Notes under the pieces: generated by a model
What the model saw: only the letters and a program-made list of their open reading frames with translations
Database searches by the model: none
Told to the model about the DNA's origin: nothing
NCBI GenBank assembly: GCA_965226495.1
Contig: OZ245365.1
Location: 5,728,001 to 5,792,000 of the forward strand
Origin: Candidatus Marinacidobacterales bacterium
Lineage (GTDB): Bacteria; Acidobacteriota; Vicinamibacteria; Marinacidobacterales; DATDRI01
DNA length: 64,000 nt
Reading direction: 5' to 3'
Position numbers and translations under genes: made by a program
Shown here: one piece after another, positions 1-9,597 of the stretch
How the letters are laid out: every line of letters starts with the position of its first letter
Numbering within the stretch: the first letter of the stretch is position 1

Positions 1-149
1 TCTATGCCCGGCTGCGCATGAACGACCGCGAGCCCAAGGGTCGCTTCTGGTTATGGATGTATCCGCGTTTGAACGCTCCGCACTTCGTGCTCTGCGCTGC
101 CTTGATCCTAAGTTTGATTTTCGGGCATCATTTAATTCCTAGGCCATAA
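1..149 (+). CDS. 3' end of a probable membrane protein gene entering from outside the window
   Basis: Open frame from base 3 (YARLRMNDREPKGRFWLWMYPRLNAPHFVLCAALILSLIFGHHLIPRP) ends at TAA 147-149 and is followed by a REP-like hairpin. Confidence 0.5.
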   Translation, partial: YARLRMNDREPKGRFWLWMYPRLNAPHFVLCAALILSLIFGHHLIPRP

Positions 150-171
150 CGAAGACTCTTCGTCCTTTATT

Positions 172-244
172 CCCTCTCCCTCTGGGAGAGGGTGGCGCCG
201 ACAACCGGCTGCCCTTGACAACATTGTCGGACGCCGGGTGAGGG
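172..244. repeat. REP-like palindrome, family A (CCCTCTCCC-n-GGGAGAGGG / CCCTCACCC)
   Basis: ccctctccctctgggagaggg...gggtgaggg; the same motif recurs at 6.5-6.7 kb, 52.46 kb and 63.5-63.66 kb. Confidence 0.75.
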
Positions 245-281
245 TCAGTGCCTACTCCTACCCATACGCTATAGTAATTCT

Positions 282-2600
282 GTGACCCGAGTCTGGTCCT
301 CCTTCCTGGCCCTGACCGTTCTCGCCGCTGGAGCGGTGCTCCTCCATCTGGGTGTCCATGCGGTCACCGTCGAGGGCGAATCATGGGAAACAAAACGCCT
401 CCGTGCGGTGCATTCCCTTCGCGAGGGTGCACCCCTACTTGTCGTCTACGGGACGGCCGCCCCAAAGTGGATAGACCACTATCGTGCTGAAGCCGAGCGA
501 TTCGCCGAGCGTTATCAGTCTTGGGGCCGTCCCGTGAAAGTGATAGCGGATCGCGACCTCTCTTCCTCCGATCGCAGAGAAACAGCCATCGTTTTGATCG
601 GACGGCCCGATGCTAATCGATGGGTCCGTGAGATCGTTGACGAAATGCCGGTTCGTTTTTTGAAACAAGGCTTCTCTTTCGGAGGACGATCTTACGAAAA
701 GACCGACCACGTTCTTCGACTTCTGACGCTTTCACCGTGGAACCCAGAGCGTCCGGTGGTTCTCGTTGCTGGAGCATCCCACGAATCGCCTTTATCGCAG
801 CGAGGCTTTTGGTTCGGGCGGCTGGACTATTCGGTTCTCGAGGGCCGTCGTGCCATTCGCTACGGGCGGCTTGTCGAGGGCAGCATCGATTGGGCTTCCG
901 ACGTCGACGTTTTGGCGGAGCACGAAGTGTGGGCCGAGAGTCTTCGGCGCACTGCTACCGAGCGCCTGGAGCTCTACTATCCCGGGGCGAGCTTCGCGGA
1001 ATCGAAGCATCAGGAGATCCTCGACACACTCGAGGCTCGGCTCGACAAGGCGGCTCAGGAATTGGGCGATCTGCCGGGGGAGTCGATCCGTTTCTATCTC
1101 TATCCGTCGCACGAGACCAAAGGTCGGTTGGTCGATTCGGTGGCTCGGTCTCACGTTGACTCGAGCACGACGACCGTACACGCGATCTACTCGCCGGAGC
1201 GCGATGGCCTGGACGGTGCCGAAGAAGTGGGTTTGCTCCTGGACCGTTTATGGGGAGCTCCCGTCGAGCCGTATCTATGGGCTGGGCTCTCGCGGATGTT
1301 GGCGGGTCTGCCTTTCGAGAAGGAGGCGGCCGGATTCGCCTATCTCGGATTTCCTCCCGAGCTTAGGCGGCTCGCCGCGACAGATAACCGTACCTCGTTG
1401 GCCTTTCCCGAGGCGGTCTACCGAGCCTACGCCGCTAGCTGGGTGTCTTTTCTGCGAACACAGATGACGAGCGAGGAATTCCGTCGGTACTACACCGGAG
1501 CCCGCGAGCACCGGTTAGAGAAACAAGAACAAGCGTGGCGACGGCGGGTGGGGCACGACGCCACGCGTTACGCCGAGGGTTTCGCAGAAGAAGCAGAGCT
1601 CTCGCATGCGTCCTATTCCAGCGCCAAGGTCTTTCACAAGGGCTTCAACTACGCCTATACGAACAGTCGCGACAGTGGATATCCGACCACCCGTTCGTTG
1701 GAATCTCTCGAGGGACTTCGAAACCTAGCTGCCAACTCTGTGGCACTCGTGCCGTACGGCTTTTCTTCACCGGATCACCGAACCGAGATCCGTCGCGCCG
1801 GAAACTCGATTAGTACCGAGAGCGACGAGTCGATCCGGGTTGCGACGGCGGACGCGCGGCGATTGGGTCTTCGGGTCTTGCTGAAACCGCAGATCTGGCT
1901 TAGCTATCGAGAGTGGCCGAGCGACATCGATTTCGGGACCGACCAGGAATGGAACGCGTGGTTCGAGAGCTACGAGAGCTGGATTCTATCGTATGCGCTC
2001 CTGGCCGAGGAGTTACGGGTCGATTTGTTCTGCGTGGGCACGGAGCTCACTCATCCTACGCTCGAGAGGCCCAAGCAGTTCCGAGATCTCATCGCGAAAG
2101 TGAGACGGGTCTATCGCGGTCCCATTACGTACGCCGCGAACTGGTACGAAGAGTTCGAGACGATCACGTTTTGGGATGCGGTCGATATCGTCGGGCTCGA
2201 CAACTACTACCCGTTGGCGAAAAGTTCGGAGACCAACGAAAAGGATCTACGCTCCGCTGCAGCGGAAGTTGCGGATCGGATTGAAGCGGTTGCTCTTCGC
2301 GTTGGCAAGCCGGTGATCTTTACGGAAGTCGGTTTTCCTTCCGTTGGCGCGGCGGGAACCGGTAACCACGAGGGAAGCCCAACCGATCTCGAACGGCAGG
2401 CACTTCTCTACCGGATTACCTTCGAGACCTATTGGTCCCGGCCGTGGTTCCACGGCTTCTATTGGTGGAAATGGTTCTCCGACCCCGGAAACGCCGGTCC
2501 GGGAGGTGACGTCTGGACACCGCGCGGCAAGCCCGCCGAAGGCGTGGTTGCCGATTGGTATGGCAAACCGTCGCCCCGTGCACGGCGTCCTTCTCAATGA
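282..2600 (+). CDS. Exported multidomain protein with C-terminal GH113-like (clan GH-A) glycoside hydrolase domain
   Basis: N-terminal hydrophobic leader; C-terminal motifs VLLKPQIW, FCVGTEL, ITYAANW, FWDAVDIVGLDNYYPL, KPVIFTEVGF, GFYWWKW. Confidence 0.75.
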   Translation: MTRVWSSFLALTVLAAGAVLLHLGVHAVTVEGESWETKRLRAVHSLREGAPLLVVYGTAAPKWIDHYRAEAERFAERYQSWGRPVKVIADRDLSSSDRRETAIVLIGRPDANRWVREIVDEMPVRFLKQGFSFGGRSYEKTDHVLRLLTLSPWNPERPVVLVAGASHESPLSQRGFWFGRLDYSVLEGRRAIRYGRLVEGSIDWASDVDVLAEHEVWAESLRRTATERLELYYPGASFAESKHQEILDTLEARLDKAAQELGDLPGESIRFYLYPSHETKGRLVDSVARSHVDSSTTTVHAIYSPERDGLDGAEEVGLLLDRLWGAPVEPYLWAGLSRMLAGLPFEKEAAGFAYLGFPPELRRLAATDNRTSLAFPEAVYRAYAASWVSFLRTQMTSEEFRRYYTGAREHRLEKQEQAWRRRVGHDATRYAEGFAEEAELSHASYSSAKVFHKGFNYAYTNSRDSGYPTTRSLESLEGLRNLAANSVALVPYGFSSPDHRTEIRRAGNSISTESDESIRVATADARRLGLRVLLKPQIWLSYREWPSDIDFGTDQEWNAWFESYESWILSYALLAEELRVDLFCVGTELTHPTLERPKQFRDLIAKVRRVYRGPITYAANWYEEFETITFWDAVDIVGLDNYYPLAKSSETNEKDLRSAAAEVADRIEAVALRVGKPVIFTEVGFPSVGAAGTGNHEGSPTDLERQALLYRITFETYWSRPWFHGFYWWKWFSDPGNAGPGGDVWTPRGKPAEGVVADWYGKPSPRARRPSQ

Positions 2601-2616
2601 GTGGACGCCGACCGAG

Positions 2617-2907
2617 CTAGCCAGCTGCGGGAGGCTGATCCTCCTTCAGCTTCATGAAGACGAACTCGACAGACTGCGGGGTCCGGTCGTTGTAGCGCTT
2701 GTTGAAGTCGTCGTCACTCATCGTCAAGAGGATGATGCCCTCGACCAGCCCAAGGATCGCGCCACCGATTCCGCAAGTAACCACGGTCGCGGCAATCAAG
2801 ATGAGTCCGGTGCCCATCGAGCCGAGGTAGAACTGGTGGACTCCCAATCCGCCCAGCAAGATTCCCAAAATGCCAGCCGCCGTCTTGTCCTTACCCCTTC
2901 CAGCCAT
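2617..2907 (-). CDS. TM2 domain-containing membrane protein
   Basis: KDKTAAGILGILLGGLGVHQFYLG...LVEGIILL..SDDDF..RY signature. Confidence 0.9.
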   Translation of the reverse strand: MAGRGKDKTAAGILGILLGGLGVHQFYLGSMGTGLILIAATVVTCGIGGAILGLVEGIILLTMSDDDFNKRYNDRTPQSVEFVFMKLKEDQPPAAG

Positions 2908-3139
2908 TCGTTCCCTCCGCGGGCTACACTCGCCGATTCGTAATCAAAGTCAAAGATGAGAAAGGATTGAGTTTCCTCGATCCGCGGCATGGTATCCGGT
3001 TGCGGTCGGGAGAGTCAACCTCAATTGGAAGCAAAGGCTCCGTGCGCGGAGAACCTTGCAGGGAAACCGAATCAGCGGTAGAGTTGCCGTTGCCGGCTCA
3101 AGGCCGCCCGGCCGCGTGGATCCTGGAGGAAAACTGGTT

Positions 3140-3290
3140 ATGAAGCACCCGGCTTGGAGCTGTTAAAGTCTACGTCACCGATGGCAAGTCCTGGGACAAG
3201 CCCACATTCTTGCGTGTCTCGGTCGGGCTGCCCGAGGACAATCAGCGATTTCTCGCTGCATTAGGGGAGGTCTTGACCACGCATTCATAG
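3140..3290 (+). pseudogene. Remnant of a class I/II PLP aminotransferase (HisC-like): start and C-terminus only
   Basis: GGAGG RBS and ATG (MKHPAWSC*), then out of frame KVYVTDGKSWDKPTFLRVSVGLPEDNQRFLAALGEVL*, which resembles the HisC C-terminal LRxSxG motif. Confidence 0.6.
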
Positions 3291-3330
3291 CCGGCATAGC
3301 CGGCATAGCCGCCATAGCCGCCATAGCCGG
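3286..3330. repeat. 9-bp tandem repeat (CATAGCCG[G/C]) x5
   Basis: catagccgg catagccgg catagccgc catagccgc catagccgg. Confidence 0.9.
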
Positions 3331-3341
3331 AGGTCAGGGGA

Positions 3342-4148
3342 ATGGAAGGTAAAAGCGACTCCTTGGTAATCAAGCAACTTAACCCCGGTGCGTGCAGAAC
3401 TTATTTCATAGGCTCGGCGCCGACGAAGGAGGCCGCCCTCATCGATCCCGTATTGGGTCACGTCGACGACTACCTCAAGTTTCTCGAGGACGGGGGATGG
3501 ACGCTCCGCTACGTTCTCGACACGCACACTCACGCCGATCACATTTCTGGAGGCGTCAAATTGATCGAACGCACCGACGCCGAGTACGCGATGCACAAAA
3601 AGGCGGGAGTGCGAGCGGTCGGTCGCCGCCTGGCCGATGGTGACTCCTTGAGGATGGGTGGCGTCGTGATGGACGTGATCGAGACACCCGGGCACACCAA
3701 AGACAGTGTGACGGTTAGTCTCCCAGGGATTTTGTTGACCGGCGATTGGCTTTTCATCGGCGGAGCAGGCCGGACGGATTTACCGGGAGGCGATCCGGCC
3801 GAACATTGGGAGATCTCTGGCGAGGATCTGCGAAGGATGATAGCGGAGGGGGGGCCTCCGCCACTCGTGTTGGACGTCCGGCAGCCGGAGGAGCTTGTGG
3901 GGCCGCCCGGCCGTCTGTCGGGGGCAACGTTCATCCCGTTAGGGGAGCTTCAACAAAGGCTGTCTGAGATTTCCGATCGCCATGAAGGCCCCATCGTATT
4001 GGTTTGTCGGAGCGGCAGTCGATCCATCATTGCCGCGGCGATTCTCATTGAAGCCGGCTTCCAAAATGTTTCTTCGATGGCGGGCGGCATGCAGGCCTGG
4101 AGGCAGAGGGGCTACCCCGACGGTCGAAGAGGACTCCCAAGAGAATAA
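3342..4148 (+). CDS. MBL-fold persulfide dioxygenase (ETHE1-like)-rhodanese fusion; MBL domain appears internally truncated
   Basis: THTHADH, TPGHT, LTGD, GRTD motifs; rhodanese LDVRQPEE...CRSGSRS...GGMQAW; the last MBL motif (PGHDY) is absent. Confidence 0.8.
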   Translation: MEGKSDSLVIKQLNPGACRTYFIGSAPTKEAALIDPVLGHVDDYLKFLEDGGWTLRYVLDTHTHADHISGGVKLIERTDAEYAMHKKAGVRAVGRRLADGDSLRMGGVVMDVIETPGHTKDSVTVSLPGILLTGDWLFIGGAGRTDLPGGDPAEHWEISGEDLRRMIAEGGPPPLVLDVRQPEELVGPPGRLSGATFIPLGELQQRLSEISDRHEGPIVLVCRSGSRSIIAAAILIEAGFQNVSSMAGGMQAWRQRGYPDGRRGLPRE

Positions 4149-4149
4149 A

Positions 4150-5889
4150 ATGCGCGCGCTTCTTTGCTTCACCTCTCTGGCATCGGCTGCTGCCTGCCTT
4201 CTGTCTGGGCCGAAGGCGGACTTCGTGCTCCGCGACGGTAAAATCATCACCCTGTCCGCGGAACGTCCGGTAGCGGAAGCTCTTGCCGTGACCGGCGGGC
4301 GCATCACCGCCGTAGGCACTACGGCCGAGATAAACGACTTCGTGGGGCAAGAGACAAGGGTTCTCGATCTCGACGGTGCGCTGGCCGTCCCGGGCTTCAT
4401 CGATTCCCACGCGCACTTCATGGATCTCGGTTTTGCCGAGCTGCAATTGGATCTCGTGGGCACTCGAAGCTCGAGCGAGATCGCCCGCAAGTTGAAGGAT
4501 GTCGCTGCCACCCTTCCCGCCCCCCCCACCTCCGGAGAAGAAGACGAAGCCGAAGGAGACGAGGAACAAGAAGTTGTCTGGATCCGGGGGCACGGGTGGG
4601 ACCAAAACGACTGGAAGAAAAAGGAGTTTCCCACCGCGGCCATCCTCGATCAAGTGGCTCCCGATCGTCCGGTCTTTCTGACGCGCATCGATATGCACGT
4701 CGGCTGGGCCAATTCCAAGGCGATGGAGCTGGCCGGTGTCGATCACGAAACGCCCGATCTCGATGGCGGTGAGATCATTCGTGACGAGGAAGGGAACCCG
4801 ACCGGCGTCTTCATCGATCTCGCTAGAGATCTGATCACCAATAGCATTCCGGATCGGAGTGACGAGGATCGCCGCAAGGCGTTCCAAGCCGCGCAGGACG
4901 CAGCCCTGCGGGCGGGCATCACCAGCGTTCACGACGCAGGAGTGGGCGCTCGCGACATCGAGCTATACCGCGACACTCTAACCCGAGGTGATCTCAAACT
5001 GCGTCTCTACCTCATGTTGGATGGCAGCAACCCGGATCTTCTGGAGCGGTTCTTCTCGCACAAACCGGAGATCTCGCCATGGCTCACGATCCGCTCGGTG
5101 AAGCTCGTCGCGGACGGTGCGCTCGGCTCACGAGGTGCGGCACTTCTCGACCCCTATGCCGATCGCCCCGACTGGTGGGGTCTCACCATCCTGACCGAAG
5201 AAGACGTCTACAACATTGCAGATCGGGCGCTCAGTGCCGGCTACCAACTCAATGTCCACGCTATCGGTGATCGGGCCAACCGCGAAGTACTGAATGCGTT
5301 CCAAAGAGCTTTCGACGACAACACGGCCGTCGACGATCCGAGATTTCGAATCGAACATGCGCAGATCCTGGATGACATCGACATCCGTCGCTTCGCGCAA
5401 CTGGGAGTCATTGCTTCGATGCAAGGCGTTCATGCTACCTCCGACATGCCGTGGGTGGCCGATCGAATCGGCGAGGAGCGGAGTGCGGAAGGTGCCTACG
5501 TGTGGCAGAAGCTTCTCCTGTCGGGGACCAAGATCGCCAACGGCACCGACGCTCCGGTCGAGAGAATATCGGCGCTGGAGTCCATCTATGCGTCCATCAC
5601 TCGCCAAGATAAGCAGGGGAAACCCGAAGAGGGTTGGTTTCCTGACCAAAAGATGAGCCGGGAACAGGCGCTCCGGTCCTACACGCTCGATGCAGCCTAT
5701 GCTGCCTTCCAGGATCAAGATAAAGGGTCGTTGGAGGCCGGGAAACTAGCGGACATCACCGTCTTGTCCAAGGACATTCTGACGATCCAGCCGCACGAGA
5801 TTTTGGATACCGAAGTGCTCTACACGGTGGTGGGCGGCGAAGTGGTTTACGCCGCCACCCGCGCCAACGACAGCGCCGCCGCGAACTGA
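4150..5889 (+). CDS. Amidohydrolase family 3 (YtcJ-like), exported
   Basis: PGFIDSHAH, KLVADGALGSRGA, HAIGDRA, RIEHAQ, GTDAPV, GKLAD; likely start ATG 4150 with a signal peptide. Confidence 0.9.
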   Translation: MRALLCFTSLASAAACLLSGPKADFVLRDGKIITLSAERPVAEALAVTGGRITAVGTTAEINDFVGQETRVLDLDGALAVPGFIDSHAHFMDLGFAELQLDLVGTRSSSEIARKLKDVAATLPAPPTSGEEDEAEGDEEQEVVWIRGHGWDQNDWKKKEFPTAAILDQVAPDRPVFLTRIDMHVGWANSKAMELAGVDHETPDLDGGEIIRDEEGNPTGVFIDLARDLITNSIPDRSDEDRRKAFQAAQDAALRAGITSVHDAGVGARDIELYRDTLTRGDLKLRLYLMLDGSNPDLLERFFSHKPEISPWLTIRSVKLVADGALGSRGAALLDPYADRPDWWGLTILTEEDVYNIADRALSAGYQLNVHAIGDRANREVLNAFQRAFDDNTAVDDPRFRIEHAQILDDIDIRRFAQLGVIASMQGVHATSDMPWVADRIGEERSAEGAYVWQKLLLSGTKIANGTDAPVERISALESIYASITRQDKQGKPEEGWFPDQKMSREQALRSYTLDAAYAAFQDQDKGSLEAGKLADITVLSKDILTIQPHEILDTEVLYTVVGGEVVYAATRANDSAAAN

Positions 5890-5926
5890 CCCCCGACACG
5901 CGCGGGCCGCCAAAATACGAGAGTGC

Positions 5927-6526
5927 ATGAATCAAAGTCGTCAGGCGCCCCCGCGTCATTACATGGCGTTGGCCTTCGCGCCCGTCATCGTGGCGCTAGT
6001 AACTCTGGTCAGCCTCTACCTTTACCAACAAGGAGCCCGGGAGAGAAGAGACGGTTGGCAGAAACCGGAGGCGGTGCTAGACGCCATCGGCGTCCGAACC
6101 GGGATGCGGGCGGCGGAATCGACACCGTCCGATACTTATTTCCTCGAACGATTGTTACGGCGGGTGGGGGACGACGGTCGCGTCTTCGCCATTGCTCCTC
6201 CGAGTCGTGTCTCGGACGACATCGCCCGTGAGGTACCCCCAGTAGAAATCGTAGCCGAGCCGCCGCCCGGCTTGGATGCCATTCTTTCTGTTCACGTCAC
6301 CATGGCGAAACAAGATTCGAAAGAATTGGAACGCACGCTGGCCGAATGCGGTAAGCGACTCAACAACGGCGGGCGCATCGGCGTAATCGGTGTTCGGACC
6401 GAGGGGTTCAACACGTTCCTCCCCTCGTCCGAAGTCAAGCGGCTCGGGACGGACGCAGGCCTAGAATTAGTTGGTGAGGAGCACCTCGTGGACCGACAGT
6501 TTCTGGTTGTTTTGGAGAAGAACTAG
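5927..6526 (+). CDS. Membrane-anchored degenerate class I SAM-methyltransferase-like protein
   Basis: One TM helix then RDGWQKPEAVLDAIGVRTGMRAAE...VGDDGRVFA; the glycine-rich SAM motif is degenerate. Confidence 0.55.
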   Translation: MNQSRQAPPRHYMALAFAPVIVALVTLVSLYLYQQGARERRDGWQKPEAVLDAIGVRTGMRAAESTPSDTYFLERLLRRVGDDGRVFAIAPPSRVSDDIAREVPPVEIVAEPPPGLDAILSVHVTMAKQDSKELERTLAECGKRLNNGGRIGVIGVRTEGFNTFLPSSEVKRLGTDAGLELVGEEHLVDRQFLVVLEKN

Positions 6527-6527
6527 A

Positions 6528-6752
6528 GCCCTCACCCAGGCCCTCTCCCGGAGGGAGAGGGGTTAGAGGACGAAGAGACATCCACACCCTCACCCGCCGT
6601 CTGGCCACGTTTTTCTTTGGCACTGCGTATTTTGACGGCCCCAGGGTTCCCCCAAAGGGGAGAGGGTTTAAAATAAAAGAGGGAAGCCAGCGTTGACGCC
6701 CTCACCCAGGCCCTCTCCCAGAGGGAGAGGGGTTAGAGGAGGGAAGCCAGCA
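6528..6752. repeat. Cluster of three family-A REP palindromes between convergent genes
   Basis: ccctcacccaggccctctccc.gagggagaggggttagagga twice plus an intervening variant. Confidence 0.85.
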
Positions 6753-6755
6753 TTG

Positions 6756-8327
6756 TTAGAGCCCGATTTGAGATCCAACCGAGAATAACCAACGGCTTCT
6801 GCCGGCAACAGGATGGAGGGCGTAGGCCAGATCGAAACGGACGCCGGGCCGTGTCGCTGACAAACGGTTTCTCCCAATGAGCAAACCGACCCCCACGTCG
6901 GCCCTGAGCTCGCTGAGCGTCAACTTGACCGGGCGCGGCCAAGCGTAGCCGGCGTCGGCGAAGACGCCGAGGGCGAATGACGCGAGGCGAAAGACCTCAT
7001 CGGCAATGAAGAAACGCTTCTCGGCGCTGAAAAGAAGCGAACGGTCACCCGCGAACTGAAAGACCGGATAACCGCGCAGGCCATTTTGCGCGCCGAGAGT
7101 CAGTTGCACTTCCGGATCGAGGTTGCTCCCGTAGAGAAATCTTGCCAGGGCGAGAAACGTTCGGCGAGGCGCCATTTTGTTCACATAGTCTAAACGGAAG
7201 ACCGCGAGACTGTTCTCCCATTCCCCGCGGCGATGTCGGGCCCGCCAGGTGGCGCGACCGCGAACGAAATGCCCGACACCTAGGTCGGCACCGATTTGCT
7301 CCGACAGGAAGAAGAAGTATGTGGTGCCGGGCTCCCCTCCGAGCGAGGGTGTCGAGACGCCGAAGAACGCCGACGCTTGGTTGCCGAGGTTGAAGTCTTC
7401 GGCGACTTCGAAGCGATTCACGTGCGTAAGCTTCAAGAAGCGGTGTTGCTCTGTGCTGATTCCGATTTGTAGGACCCCAAAGTCTCGGAGCCTCCCCTCG
7501 ACTTCATCCTCCTGCTTCCGGTAGCCGAGGTGGAGCCTCACCGCGCTAGTGCTCGACCGCCGCACCGCCCGAGCCGCATCGATTTCACCAAACCGCCGAA
7601 TGTGTCTGAGGTCGATCACTCGTTCGCCATTGAAGTAAAGAGGTGCAAGCTGATCGAACCCTAGCAGGCGAAAGCTGAAGGCCCATTTGGTGTGAAGGGA
7701 GTGGAAGGGTTTCAGGAGGGAAAATTGGCCTCGTCCGCCGTCGGAGAGATCGGAGTACCCTATAGCCGCAGCCACCCGCGATCCGCTCACGCGCGGATCG
7801 CGGTAAAAAAAATTCGTGCTGTCTCGCTCGAGCCCGTGGCGGAATGTGAATTCGAGCTGTTTCCCCCGACCGAGGAGGTTCCTTTCTGAAGCTCCCAATC
7901 CCCAAGTGAACTCGTTGCCAACCTTCGCGAACGAAAGCTCCGGGACGGTGCTCCAGGCGTCAAAGGTTCGGACCCGGATGTCGACGGTGCCGTTGTCCCC
8001 GGGAATCGTTTCGATCTTGGCGTCTCTTATGAAAATGAGATTTCGGAGATTGCGTTCGGTCTCGGCAAGGGTCTTGGGGTCGAGCTTATCTCCCGAAGCA
8101 AAGAGCAACTCTTGACGAATGATGCCTTCCCGGGTCCGCACATGAAGTTTATTGGCGAAACGGTAGACCCAGTGCCCGTCCTCTTCCTCCTCCTCGTGAA
8201 AAACATCGCTGGATACGATCTCGATGTTTCCGATGCGCGGGGGATTTTCCTGTTCATTGGGGATGGCGGAGCCGCTCGCGGCGGCGAGGAGAAAGACCGC
8301 CCCGACGTTGAAGGGAAGACGGAACAT
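6756..8327 (-). CDS. Omp85 (BamA/TamA-like) outer-membrane protein with a POTRA domain
   Basis: Signal peptide, RTREGIIRQELLF...ETERNLR POTRA, NLLGRG, LRGY motif, amphipathic C-terminal strands. Confidence 0.85.
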   Translation of the reverse strand: MFRLPFNVGAVFLLAAASGSAIPNEQENPPRIGNIEIVSSDVFHEEEEEDGHWVYRFANKLHVRTREGIIRQELLFASGDKLDPKTLAETERNLRNLIFIRDAKIETIPGDNGTVDIRVRTFDAWSTVPELSFAKVGNEFTWGLGASERNLLGRGKQLEFTFRHGLERDSTNFFYRDPRVSGSRVAAAIGYSDLSDGGRGQFSLLKPFHSLHTKWAFSFRLLGFDQLAPLYFNGERVIDLRHIRRFGEIDAARAVRRSSTSAVRLHLGYRKQEDEVEGRLRDFGVLQIGISTEQHRFLKLTHVNRFEVAEDFNLGNQASAFFGVSTPSLGGEPGTTYFFFLSEQIGADLGVGHFVRGRATWRARHRRGEWENSLAVFRLDYVNKMAPRRTFLALARFLYGSNLDPEVQLTLGAQNGLRGYPVFQFAGDRSLLFSAEKRFFIADEVFRLASFALGVFADAGYAWPRPVKLTLSELRADVGVGLLIGRNRLSATRPGVRFDLAYALHPVAGRSRWLFSVGSQIGL

Positions 8328-8382
8328 TACTGAACAATGTAGGCTTCCCCATTAGGAGAAGGCAAGTCGGGGGCTCACGGGC

Positions 8383-9495
8383 CTAATTAAGGGGCTGAAC
8401 CTCGGGGACCCGCTTACGGAATTCGTTGGTCAAGGTCTCGACAAGATCGGCTCGGCGATCGTAGAGGCGCTTCAGCTTCCTCGGTTTGTGCCTCTCCAAC
8501 GCATATGCGGTTAGGAGCGGGAGAGCGATCGTCGAGTCGACATAGGTGACGATGGCGTGCGGCAACATTTCCGGATCGACCTTCCCCCAGCTCACCGCCT
8601 CACCGGGGGTAGCGCCCGACAGGCCGCCCGTATCGGGGCGCGCATCGGTAAACTGCATGAAATAGTCGAAGCCCTTCTCGTCGAGGCCGAGGACCTCCTG
8701 AATCTGTGGCTCGGTCTGGAGCAAGAAGTTCTTGGGCGAACCGCCTCCGAGCATGACCGCGGCCGCCTTGCGGCCGTTGAACTTGGCGTCGAACACGATG
8801 GCCGTCGTTTCGTTGACGTCGGCACAGATGTCGAGCTTGAGCTTGTTGTCCTGAAGCGACATGGAGGCGATGTTCATACCGATGGCACTGTCCCCGGGTG
8901 ACGACGTGTAGATTGGGACTCCTAAGCGATGCGCGGCAGCGAGAAAAGAACGGTTCTCTAACCCTAGTGCCTTTTCCCGTTCGCCGACGTACTTACCGCA
9001 AATGTAGTGGAACTCGGCGGTCGACATCTCCCTTTGAAATTCCTCGGAACAGACCAGACGTTGGTAATACTTGTCCAGAGATAAGAGATCTTCGAACTTG
9101 AAGAAGATGTCGTAGATCCGAACCACTCGGTCCTCGTAGACTTTCACGTCGTCGACGAAGGGAGTCCCGCGATGCATGTTGTAGCCGATACCGTAGTGCG
9201 TGTCGTGGTAGAGATTGGCACCAGTGGAAACGATCCAATCGACGAAGCCGGCCTCCATGAGTGGAATGAGCGCGCTCGGCCCGAGACCGGCCGGGGTGAG
9301 CGCTCCGGAGAGGGAGAGCCCTACCGTGACATCCTCGTCGAGGACGCGGTCGACGAAGAGCTGACAAGATTCGCGGAGGCGGCCGCCGTTATAGGCGTTG
9401 AAGCTGTCGTCGATGAGCTGCGCCACCGACCATTTCGGGTCGATGGGGCGTGAGCTGATCTCGGGTCCATGAAGATACTTACTCTTCTTGTGCAT
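8383..9495 (-). CDS. Deoxyhypusine synthase-like protein (possible homospermidine synthase)
   Basis: [40 protein letters not shown] (catalytic Lys). Confidence 0.9.
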   Translation of the reverse strand: MHKKSKYLHGPEISSRPIDPKWSVAQLIDDSFNAYNGGRLRESCQLFVDRVLDEDVTVGLSLSGALTPAGLGPSALIPLMEAGFVDWIVSTGANLYHDTHYGIGYNMHRGTPFVDDVKVYEDRVVRIYDIFFKFEDLLSLDKYYQRLVCSEEFQREMSTAEFHYICGKYVGEREKALGLENRSFLAAAHRLGVPIYTSSPGDSAIGMNIASMSLQDNKLKLDICADVNETTAIVFDAKFNGRKAAAVMLGGGSPKNFLLQTEPQIQEVLGLDEKGFDYFMQFTDARPDTGGLSGATPGEAVSWGKVDPEMLPHAIVTYVDSTIALPLLTAYALERHKPRKLKRLYDRRADLVETLTNEFRKRVPEVQPLN

Positions 9496-9597
9496 TCGGC
9501 GACGCCTCCTTTCTCCGACCAGATGAGCGTCAGGTTCGAAGGAGCCGAGTATATCACGGCGATCCCTTGGTCTTTCGCTTCCTCGAGAGGGAGCGCC

